From positions 142,355 to 206,354 of the forward strand of contig JABGUJ010000003.1 in the NCBI GenBank assembly GCA_018646625.1: DNA of 64,000 nt, in the 5' to 3' direction. How positions within the stretch are numbered: position 1 is the first letter of the stretch; the number at the start of each line of letters is the position of its first letter. Below are positions 9,293-17,338 of the stretch, in pieces. A program made the translations under genes and the position numbers. The notes under the pieces are model-generated. The model was not told the origin of the DNA. It saw only the letters and a program-made list of their open reading frames with translations, and did no database searches. The DNA is from Candidatus Woesearchaeota archaeon. GTDB lineage: Archaea; Nanobdellota; Nanobdellia; Woesearchaeales; JABGUJ01.

Positions 9293-10300
9293 ATGAAAAA
9301 ATCAAGTTTACCAAAAGAATACAAAACAGAATTAGGTTATCTAGAGACGCACAAAGCAATCAAACTTGCCAAAGATACATTTGAAAAAAAGCTAGCTGAA
9401 AAGCTAAGCCTGCATAGAGTATCCGCACCAAGATTTATTAGAACCGATAAAGGATTGCAAGATGATCTAGCAGGAACTCAAGTTCCAGTAGGTTTTGACA
9501 TAAAACATACAAAAGAAAGAGTCGAAGTAGTCCATAGTTTAGCAAAATGGAAAAGACACACATTAGGAAGGCACAAGTTCAAACATGGATCTGGAATCTA
9601 CACAGACATGGATGCAATTAGAAAAGATGAAGAACTAAGTCCAATACACAGCATCTACGTAGATCAGTGGGATTGGGAAAGAGTAATTGACAAAAAAGAA
9701 AGACATAGAGAGTTTCTAAAAAGTACAGTAAAGAAAATTTACAAAGCACTATTAGAAACAGAAGAAATCGTATCCACAGAATTTCCAAAATTAGAAAAAA
9801 GATTACCAAAGGACATCAAGTTCCTCCACACAGAAGAGCTTGAAGAACTCTACCCAGAATTAACCCCTAAAGAAAGAGAATATGAAGCTGCAAAAGAACA
9901 CAAAGCATTATTTTTAATAGGAATTGGTCACGCACTAAAATGCGGAGAACCTCACGACTTAAGAGCAGCTGACTATGACGACTGGCACCTATGCGGAGAT
10001 ATAATTGTATGGGACGATACAAGAAAAAAAGAAATAGAATTATCATCAATGGGAATAAGAGTTGATAAAGACGCATTGATTAAACAGCTAGAACTTGTAG
10101 GCCTGGGAGAAAGAAAAGAACTAGAATTCCATAAAGGAATACTAGAAGAAACAACACCACTAACTATAGGAGGAGGAATAGGACAATCAAGGCTATGCAT
10201 GTTATTACTCCATAAAGCCCACATTGGAGAAGTACATTCAAGCGTATGGCCAAAAGAGGTTGAGAAAGAATTTGAAGAAAAAGGAGTAGTAATGCTCTAG
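9293..10300 (+). CDS. asnA: Aspartate--ammonia ligase (asparagine synthetase A)
   Basis: EVVHSLAKWKR, HSIYVDQWDWE, RAADYDDW, ELSSMGIRV, TIGGGIGQSR, HIGEV; GGAGGT SD before ATG 9293. Confidence 0.96.
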   Translation: MKKSSLPKEYKTELGYLETHKAIKLAKDTFEKKLAEKLSLHRVSAPRFIRTDKGLQDDLAGTQVPVGFDIKHTKERVEVVHSLAKWKRHTLGRHKFKHGSGIYTDMDAIRKDEELSPIHSIYVDQWDWERVIDKKERHREFLKSTVKKIYKALLETEEIVSTEFPKLEKRLPKDIKFLHTEELEELYPELTPKEREYEAAKEHKALFLIGIGHALKCGEPHDLRAADYDDWHLCGDIIVWDDTRKKEIELSSMGIRVDKDALIKQLELVGLGERKELEFHKGILEETTPLTIGGGIGQSRLCMLLLHKAHIGEVHSSVWPKEVEKEFEEKGVVML

Positions 10301-11169
10301 ATTACTATTAGGAAAGCACCTGCAACCATTATCAAACATGCGACGGCTTTCCTAAACAAATTCTTTTCATGAAATAACTCACCACCTATTATCGTAACAA
10401 ACAGCGCAGCCATTCTCTTTATTGCAACAACCAATCCAACATAAGCCATACTAACTGCAACAATCTGAGATAATCTATAAGCAACAGTAAACACAGAAAC
10501 AAGTAATATCCACCAACCATACGTCTTAAGACCTGTCTTCACACCCTTGAGACCATCATGAAACAAAGTCATCATAATGATAAAATGAATAGACAAGAAA
10601 ATATGCACAAAGACAATATACGCTAAAGGATCCATTTCATACCTGACCATAATATATCTATCAACCAAACTACAGACCGCATAAAACAACAAAGCCAATA
10701 AAATGTAATGAATATATTTTGATTTCTTAAACTGCCTTATCGGCTCAAAAAGATCATGATGTCTTTTAGTTTCTAAAACATAAGAACCAACAATCAACAA
10801 AGATATCCCACCAATTTGCAAACCAGTTAATGCCTCACCCAAGAAAATGAAAGCAAACAAAGCAGTTATACCCGGTCCAATAACTAAAAGAGGAGAAGAC
10901 GTGCTCAACTCCATATGTCTAGTACTCTTTGCAACAAGCAAAAAAGCCACAGAACCTAGAATCGCACCAAAAAATAATATAACTAAAGCCTCAAAATGAA
11001 TTGCACTGTAATCAATCACCAACAAAAAAGGTAACGAAACAAGCAGATTTACCACAGCCAAAGTTGCAGAAAACTCCATAGCGTGCGCTTTCAACAAAGT
11101 TTTCTTCTGAATCAACGCAGAACCTGCTGTCAATAAAGCAGTAAGTAAAGCAAATATTAACCAACTCAT
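10297..11169 (-). CDS. EamA/DMT family transporter
   Basis: About 10 hydrophobic helices; FAFIFLGEAL and IIGGELFHEK half-repeats. Confidence 0.88.
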   Translation of the reverse strand: MSWLIFALLTALLTAGSALIQKKTLLKAHAMEFSATLAVVNLLVSLPFLLVIDYSAIHFEALVILFFGAILGSVAFLLVAKSTRHMELSTSSPLLVIGPGITALFAFIFLGEALTGLQIGGISLLIVGSYVLETKRHHDLFEPIRQFKKSKYIHYILLALLFYAVCSLVDRYIMVRYEMDPLAYIVFVHIFLSIHFIIMMTLFHDGLKGVKTGLKTYGWWILLVSVFTVAYRLSQIVAVSMAYVGLVVAIKRMAALFVTIIGGELFHEKNLFRKAVACLIMVAGAFLIVI

Positions 11170-11194
11170 ACATATTATCGAGAAAAAGTACTAT

Positions 11195-12310
11195 TTAATC
11201 CTTTTCATCCAAAACTAGTTCAACAACCGCCTCACTATGAGGCGTCTGAGGAAACAAATCAAACATAGCAGCACTCTCTACTTTATGCTTAAAGAACTTA
11301 TCTAACTCCTTAGCCAACTGAGCAACATTGCAAGAAACATAAATTATAACCTTGGGATTCAACTCATTCAATTGTGCAATAGTTTTCAAATGCATCCCGC
11401 ATCTAGGCGGATCAGTAATAACAAACAAAGGAGAAGGAACATCCAACTTACGCAGATTCTTCGCATCCATCACAACAGCAGAGCCATTAGTAATGTTATT
11501 CTCCTTAAGATTAATTTCAGCAGCATCAATACATTCTTTAACACTTTCTACAACAGTAACACCATTAAACAAGTCAGCATTCAACACACCAAAAGAACCC
11601 ACACCACCATAAAGATCAAGTAAATGTACGTTAGAAGTATCATATTTAGCAAGCAAATCATAAACATATTTTTTCATATTCTCAGCCATTTTATGATTAT
11701 TCTGAAAAAAGCCCTGCACAGAATAAACAAACTCTTTACCCAAATAATTCTCATGCAACATATCCTTACCTTTAACAACATAAAACTCTCCAGAAACACT
11801 AACATCAGTTTTTGAAGACACATAAGTTACCACAACATTGTTCACCGAACTTTTCTTTGCAAACTCCTCTATCTTCTCAGTAGCTTCAGTAATTCTTGAA
11901 GAATCTTCATTCAAAACAAAAGAGATTGAAGAATCATTCTGCGGAGTTCGTATAACAGCATACTTAAACGTACCCGAATGTTTTCTAACATCAAATGCGT
12001 CAACATCTGTAAAGAAGTCTCTAACTTCCTTTAACAAAACATTCAATTCAGCATTCGCTATCGCACAAGTTTCAACATCAACTATCCTATCCCATTTACC
12101 TCTTTGCCTTAATCCAACCCCAGTTTTATGAAAAACAAAATCCATTCTATTTCTATAGGCATACTCAGTACCAGAAAATGCCTTAACATCTTCAAAGTCT
12201 ATAGCTTGCACTAACTGTTTCTTTTTGTTTTCCAACTGGTCCGCATAATCCACATGCTGAGCAGTACATCCGCCGCATCTACCAAAATAAGGACATCTAC
12301 CTTTAACCAT
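11195..12310 (-). CDS. RlmD/TrmA-type RNA m5U methyltransferase (Fe-S containing)
   Basis: CPYFGRCGGC..QH, YRNRMDF, FFQNN, LLDLYGGVG, DPPR, YVSCN, DLFPQTPHSE; no TRAM domain. Confidence 0.93.
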   Translation of the reverse strand: MVKGRCPYFGRCGGCTAQHVDYADQLENKKKQLVQAIDFEDVKAFSGTEYAYRNRMDFVFHKTGVGLRQRGKWDRIVDVETCAIANAELNVLLKEVRDFFTDVDAFDVRKHSGTFKYAVIRTPQNDSSISFVLNEDSSRITEATEKIEEFAKKSSVNNVVVTYVSSKTDVSVSGEFYVVKGKDMLHENYLGKEFVYSVQGFFQNNHKMAENMKKYVYDLLAKYDTSNVHLLDLYGGVGSFGVLNADLFNGVTVVESVKECIDAAEINLKENNITNGSAVVMDAKNLRKLDVPSPLFVITDPPRCGMHLKTIAQLNELNPKVIIYVSCNVAQLAKELDKFFKHKVESAAMFDLFPQTPHSEAVVELVLDEKD

Positions 12311-12329
12311 AAAGCAAGAATCCAACAAA

Positions 12330-13001
12330 TCATTTAATAATCTTGCTAATAACCGCCTCCACCAAGACATCTACTGTATTGATTGTCGGAATATTCGTAT
12401 TGTCAAGCATTAAAGCCAGCTCAGTGCACCCCAAGATCACAGTAGACGCACCATCCGCCAAATACTTTTCACAGATATTCTTCACAACACCAGTCTGTCC
12501 ATCCTTATCGCTAGCCATATTAAAATTAAACACAGCATCCGACAACAGTTTCAATTCAGAGTCCGAAGGAACAAAACCAACAATATCATCAAAAGCATAC
12601 AAACCTTTACGAACTGTCTGTGGTGTTCCAATTATCAAAGTTGATTTTATATTTTTCCCATCTAACTGTTGCTTAAGAAACAATCTCAGATCTACAATCG
12701 GAGTACTAACCAAAGATTGAAGTTCATCTCGAAACAAATGTATAGTATTGCAAATCATAACAATAAAATCAACCCCAATCTTATCTAGTTCCTTGACTCC
12801 ATCACAATACATCGCAAGATCATCACTACTAATCTCATCACGTATCAACTCAGGCGCAGGCACACTATTAATAAAGAGCTGCGGAAAATCCGCATTACTC
12901 TTAACATAACCTCGTTTCTGAAGACGATCAATAAGCTTAGAATAAAATTCACTTGTCGCTTCAGGACCTATACCACCTAAAACACCAACGCGTTTAATCA
13001 T
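12330..13001 (-). CDS. Aspartate/glutamate racemase family protein
   Basis: GVLGGIGPEAT, catalytic CNT and GCTE cysteines both present. Confidence 0.92.
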   Translation of the reverse strand: MIKRVGVLGGIGPEATSEFYSKLIDRLQKRGYVKSNADFPQLFINSVPAPELIRDEISSDDLAMYCDGVKELDKIGVDFIVMICNTIHLFRDELQSLVSTPIVDLRLFLKQQLDGKNIKSTLIIGTPQTVRKGLYAFDDIVGFVPSDSELKLLSDAVFNFNMASDKDGQTGVVKNICEKYLADGASTVILGCTELALMLDNTNIPTINTVDVLVEAVISKIIK

Positions 13002-13803
13002 CTTGCATCACCCCCTTATAGGGTTCAACAATGTTCTGCATAACCAAACGAACTGTTGCTTTCTTTAGTTTTTTACCAATCAAGCCATCAATCTCATCAT
13101 CTTCCAGATAATCTTGACCCAACCTCTTTCCCGCAACAGATGCAACTTTAGCATAAGCTCTCAACGCTTGAATAGGCCCTTGATACAATTTATCTCGAGT
13201 TCTACGCGGATGATCACTCAACAACAATCGAACACCGCCAGCAGTATTAGAAGGCAAGTAATGTACAACCGGCTCCACATACTGCGTTCCAAATGCAAAC
13301 GCATCCATCAAGTAACCAAAATCGACACCAATAGCCAACTCACGCATCACTTCATCATATGCACGCTCCTTATTAGGACCTAGCTTAATTTGTATATCAA
13401 AATTGTCGCACAAATAATCCACACAAGTTATTTCATTTATAGCATACTTTAGAGCATCAGGACTATCCCTAAAGCGTTCAGGCACAGTTAATCTTAGCTT
13501 CTCCGCCAAATCCGAACCAAAAACTGCTCGCTCATTCTCCACACGCATTCCAGCATATTCGGATCCTCGCATAAAATCTGAACTCACCAAAATATTAGCG
13601 CGCACACCATAGATATCCATCAATGCAAAAAGCACAGACTTAGTCTTCTCAACACCCTCAACAACATCTCTCTCAGATTCACCATTAAAACGCAGAAACT
13701 CATCAACAAGCAACAAATGATAAGAACTAAATTCTTGACCCGCAAGTAAAATAGTTACAAAGTCTAAAGGTACACGATTACTCTCAAACCCCATACCCAA
13801 CAT
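12994..13803 (-). CDS. Divergent class Ic aminoacyl-tRNA-synthetase-like (TrpRS/TyrRS fold) protein lacking HIGH/KMSKS; true 5' end probably at 13906 via a frameshift
   Basis: LLLVDEF (cf. IADLH), YAINEITCVDYL (cf. YP.LQ.AD), IKLG..KE (cf. G.DQ), RLLLSDHP..TRDKL (cf. I.L.D.P..I..KI), LKKA....L...IVEP (C-terminal helix); overlaps racemase start by 8 nt. Confidence 0.55.
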   Translation of the reverse strand: MLGMGFESNRVPLDFVTILLAGQEFSSYHLLLVDEFLRFNGESERDVVEGVEKTKSVLFALMDIYGVRANILVSSDFMRGSEYAGMRVENERAVFGSDLAEKLRLTVPERFRDSPDALKYAINEITCVDYLCDNFDIQIKLGPNKERAYDEVMRELAIGVDFGYLMDAFAFGTQYVEPVVHYLPSNTAGGVRLLLSDHPRRTRDKLYQGPIQALRAYAKVASVAGKRLGQDYLEDDEIDGLIGKKLKKATVRLVMQNIVEPYKGVMQDD

Positions 13804-13837
13804 ACCTACTTTCCCAGTAAGATCAGCAGTCGCTTCT

Positions 13838-13906
13838 TCAACTAAACCGCCACGCTAACTGAGTTCTCCCAGCCACTTTAGTTTCCAAACTAACTTCTTT
13901 ATTCAT
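13838..13906 (-). other. Short 22-codon ORF (MNKEVSLETKVAGRTQLAWRFS), probable N-terminal fragment of the aaRS-like gene
   Basis: AGGAGG SD at 13920-13915, ATG at 13906; overlaps the open main frame (13854 downward) in the +1 frame. Confidence 0.5.
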
Positions 13907-13932
13907 TTTTCTTTCCTCCTCCAAATAACGGA

Positions 13933-14006
13933 TGGGGTTGCCGAGATTCGAACTCGGAGCCTTCGGTCTGGAGCCGAACATTTTAGCCAGGTTAAACTAC
14001 AACCCC
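13933..14006 (-). tRNA. trnW: tRNA-Trp(CCA), intron-less, CCA end not encoded
   Basis: Reverse complement GGGGTTG-TAGTTTAACCTGGCTAAAAT-GTTCGG-CTCCAGA-CCGAA-GGCT-CCGAG-TTCGAAT-CTCGG-CAACCCC-A folds as a cloverleaf with anticodon CCA. Confidence 0.96.
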
Positions 14007-14249
14007 AAAAACAAATACTACAATCCATAGAATAACAGGGCTAACGCCAACAACCAGTTGAACATCTAAACATATTTACATCTAAGAAAAAGGATTTACA
14101 CACGCCACGCATAATCACTTTGTATCATTGTAAATGAGCATACGCGCAACTAATATTTATAACTTTGGTTTTTCAAACAAAGAAATTCAATACAACGACG
14201 ATAAAATCCGGACAAAAGATTTATAAAAACTAACAAGATAGTAAAGAGA

Positions 14250-14630
14250 ATGAAAACGCAACTACATCACTTCGCATACACAATCCAACCAAACACACTA
14301 GAAACAGTAATAAAACTTCTAGAAAAACTAGGTTGCAAAGTATCATACAGAAAAGGACAAGAAAGATGGTGTATGATTTCTCAAGACAAGAACATCATCC
14401 AATTAATTGAAACAGAAGACACACCCATAAACATAGAAACAAAAACTAACACACACATAGCATTCATTTCGCAAACACCACAAGAAGACATTGAAAAAAT
14501 AAAACAATGGGCAAAAGAAAATAACATAGAATTTAGACAAGGCGAATGGTACGAAGGAGCATACTGGTTTGACTTACCAAAAATGTTCTCAAACTTCGTA
14601 ATAGAAATAATGGATACTAAATTACTCTAA
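14250..14630 (+). CDS. VOC/glyoxalase-like protein
   Basis: LHHFAY, IQLIE, THIAF, FVIEI metal-ligand pattern. Confidence 0.7.
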   Translation: MKTQLHHFAYTIQPNTLETVIKLLEKLGCKVSYRKGQERWCMISQDKNIIQLIETEDTPINIETKTNTHIAFISQTPQEDIEKIKQWAKENNIEFRQGEWYEGAYWFDLPKMFSNFVIEIMDTKLL

Positions 14631-15248
14631 ATCATCTAACTTTTTTTTCAACAAACCAATCTTTTTCTTCACTCGAGTTAGGTCAGTTTTAGGATGAGAC
14701 TTAGCACCTTCAAGAACATCTAAATGCAACTCAAGTTTCTTGATCCTCTTAGACAGCTCTTCAACTTCTTCAGCCTCTTCACCAACAGTTTTCCTAATCT
14801 TTTTCTCAAGAGCAATAATGCGTTTACCCATTCCAGCCTTCAATAAAGCATCAAGACGTTCCACACATTCAGAAACTTCACCAATCTTATGATCTCTCTC
14901 CCCAATAACACTTTCAAAATGATCTCTAAATTGAGAAAAGCGTTTATCAACATGAGAAATCTCTTTTTTTATAGTTAACAAAACTTTATCTTCTTCCACT
15001 TGATGTTGTTTCATCTCAGTTTCATCTTTCAAAGCGGTATCGATTTTTTTCCGCAATTCGTCCAACTCAGACACAACCGCGGTTTTAACCAATTTATTAG
15101 AATAAGGAAGACCCTTCACCTTCTTAATATGTTTTTCAACAGGTGCACTCTTTTTTCTTCGCGTATCAGCTTTCTTCTGAGCTTTAGCTAAAGCAGAAAG
15201 AAAACAACGAAACTTTGCAGAATCCAAAGAAGGATCACTTAACGCCAT
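14622..15248 (-). CDS. Hypothetical coiled-coil protein
   Basis: K/E/L-rich heptads over about 150 aa; 5 nt downstream of the Pro-rich gene. Confidence 0.75.
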   Translation of the reverse strand: MALSDPSLDSAKFRCFLSALAKAQKKADTRRKKSAPVEKHIKKVKGLPYSNKLVKTAVVSELDELRKKIDTALKDETEMKQHQVEEDKVLLTIKKEISHVDKRFSQFRDHFESVIGERDHKIGEVSECVERLDALLKAGMGKRIIALEKKIRKTVGEEAEEVEELSKRIKKLELHLDVLEGAKSHPKTDLTRVKKKIGLLKKKLDDLE

Positions 15249-15253
15249 ACTAT

Positions 15254-15946
15254 TTACCCAAACAATCCTTTCTTAGGTGGTGGCGGTGGTGGCGGCCCTA
15301 ACGGCGGCATACCTGGTGGAGCACCTGGTCCTCCTGTCGGAGGTGGAGGCATAGGCGGCGGTCCCGGAGGGGGAGCACCCATTCCTGGTGGCGGCGCACC
15401 AAATCCATCATCCGCACCTAGCGGAGGCAGTCCACCCATATCTCCCGGAGGAGGTGGCATTGGCGGAGGTCCACCCGGAGGCGGAGCACCAAAACCTGGT
15501 GGCGGCATTCCCGGTCCACTTGGAGGTGGAGGCGGCATACCTGGCGGCGGAAGAGGTGCAGGCGGAGGTGCAGAAGTTGTTGTAGTTTCTTCTGTTTCCT
15601 CTTCTTCTTTCGAAGAACCTTCTCTTACTAAATCAGCCACAGCCACAATACCTTTTGCAATCTTTTTATTTTGATCAACAACAGCATCTAATTTTTCAAT
15701 CACTTGCTTCAACATCGGTTTCAAATCACCAGATGACGCAGCAGGTGCCTCAGTCTTCATAGTTTTAGCTGCTTCCTTAAACAAATCCAACATAGAATTA
15801 ATTGATAAGTTCAAAGCATTCACACTGTTCAACAAATCGTGACCAGAAGCAGTTCCCGCAAGTGGATTTTTTCTCAAAGCCTCTACTTGCTCTTTCAGCC
15901 TCTCAACCTCTTGTTGAGGTACAAGAGCATAATCATCATCCTTCAT
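15254..15946 (-). CDS. Hypothetical protein with N-terminal coiled coil and long polyproline C-terminal tail
   Basis: GAGGTGG SD; helical N-half; about 100 aa of PPPP(G/M) repeats ending KKGLFG. Confidence 0.85.
   Translation of the reverse strand: MKDDDYALVPQQEVERLKEQVEALRKNPLAGTASGHDLLNSVNALNLSINSMLDLFKEAAKTMKTEAPAASSGDLKPMLKQVIEKLDAVVDQNKKIAKGIVAVADLVREGSSKEEEETEETTTTSAPPPAPLPPPGMPPPPPSGPGMPPPGFGAPPPGGPPPMPPPPGDMGGLPPLGADDGFGAPPPGMGAPPPGPPPMPPPPTGGPGAPPGMPPLGPPPPPPPKKGLFG
15275..15572 (-). repeat. Low-complexity GC-rich polyproline-coding repeats
   Basis: Imperfect repeats such as GGCGGCATACCTGG and GCACCAAA..C encoding PPPGMPPP / GFGAPPPG. Confidence 0.8.
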
Positions 15947-16106
15947 ATTATGCCACCTCTTTTTTATAATAAGGACTAGTAATACTAAAAAATCAAGTCT
16001 CGGCCCTATTTAAAGGTTTCTGTCAAAAGCAAATTTAAGAGCTTCTCAGAGCTAGTTGTAAAACAAATAGAAAGATTATTTAAACATAATCAAAGAATAA
16101 AAAAAT

Positions 16107-17312
16107 GTGAAGAGAAACAACATCACATCAACAGATCTAAAGAGATTACTAATTTCACATAATCTTCTAGTAGCAGGCAGAGTATTCTTTGAAATATTCA
16201 TCAACGTATTCATCTGGAAACAAACAGAAAACCTAAATCTTGTCGCATGGTTTAACATAGCATACCTTCTGATGCATACAGTATCATTCCACGCATTTGC
16301 AGGATTTGTAAAAAAAGGAAGAGTACATTTACCAAGACAAGCTGGATTAATTGGTTTTGCAGTTGTTTATTTCATAATCTATTTGTTGAAAGAAGAAGCA
16401 ATAAAATACATAATACCTATCGCAATATTAATTGGAATATGTAATGGAATGTATTGGATAAGTTATCAGATTCTAAGATTCGATCTGACAAACACCAAAA
16501 ACAGAGGCAATTATACAGGATTAGAAAATGGCACAAAGATTTTTGTGAACATCATCATGCCCTCATTAGGAGGAGCAATAGTAGTAGCTAACTGGTACAA
16601 CTGGGGATACTCAAGTTTATTTTTGCTGGGCGCAATATTGTTCTTGTGTTCATTCATAATAGGAAACGTAAAATTCAAAGTTAACAACACACCTCATTTT
16701 CATATCAGAAAAACATTTGCAATAATAATCAAAGACAAAGACATAATGAAGTCTATGTGGGGTCACGCATGCAGCAGTTTCAGTCGAGGAGGAACTATCG
16801 CAAGATTATTAATCCCCTTGTTAATTTATGACGTTCTTAAAAACGAATTCCACATGGGGGGTTGGCTTTCCGTGTTTTCAGTAATCGCAATCATCAGTTC
16901 AATCTCGTTTGGTAAACTAATTGATTACAAACATTATAAATTCTTACTAATCATAGGAGGACTGTCATACTTCCTGCTAATAATGTCAGTAATTACATTC
17001 CCAACATTCCTAACATACATATTATTCGGAATCTTAATTAAAATCGTAGACATATTGATCAGAGTTCCAAAACGAGTTATAAGTGAAAACTTGATTCTTT
17101 CTCTAAAGAAATTTAAGAACCACAGAATAGAATACATAGTAATAAGAGAATGGTTCAACATAGGTATTGGAAGAATCATGAGCTTTGTGGTATTACTAAC
17201 CGCAACAAACCTGGTAATGGAACAAATGAGAATTGCAATAGCAATCATGGCTTTTGCGGTCTTAGTAGAAATTGTACTTCTGACATCCATAAAGAAAGAA
17301 GTGCTGAATTAA
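16107..17312 (+). CDS. MFS transporter
   Basis: About 12 TM helices; NRGNYTG and FGKLIDY loop motifs. Confidence 0.85.
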   Translation: MKRNNITSTDLKRLLISHNLLVAGRVFFEIFINVFIWKQTENLNLVAWFNIAYLLMHTVSFHAFAGFVKKGRVHLPRQAGLIGFAVVYFIIYLLKEEAIKYIIPIAILIGICNGMYWISYQILRFDLTNTKNRGNYTGLENGTKIFVNIIMPSLGGAIVVANWYNWGYSSLFLLGAILFLCSFIIGNVKFKVNNTPHFHIRKTFAIIIKDKDIMKSMWGHACSSFSRGGTIARLLIPLLIYDVLKNEFHMGGWLSVFSVIAIISSISFGKLIDYKHYKFLLIIGGLSYFLLIMSVITFPTFLTYILFGILIKIVDILIRVPKRVISENLILSLKKFKNHRIEYIVIREWFNIGIGRIMSFVVLLTATNLVMEQMRIAIAIMAFAVLVEIVLLTSIKKEVLN

Positions 17313-17338
17313 AGAGGTACATCAAATGGAAAACAAGA
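17307..17338 (+). repeat. 32-bp perfect direct repeat, copy 1
   Basis: AATTAAAGAGGTACATCAAATGGAAAACAAGA, identical to 18560-18591. Confidence 0.92.

Noticed and set aside
13855..13857. TAG readthrough (pyrrolysine or alternative code) in the synthetase-like gene
   Set aside because: TAG is used as a normal stop elsewhere in the window (e.g. 4620, 8691, 10300), and the SD-linked ATG is in another frame
13900..14250. tRNA-Trp as an integration site (att duplication)
   Set aside because: I found no second copy of the tRNA 3' end and no integrase in the window
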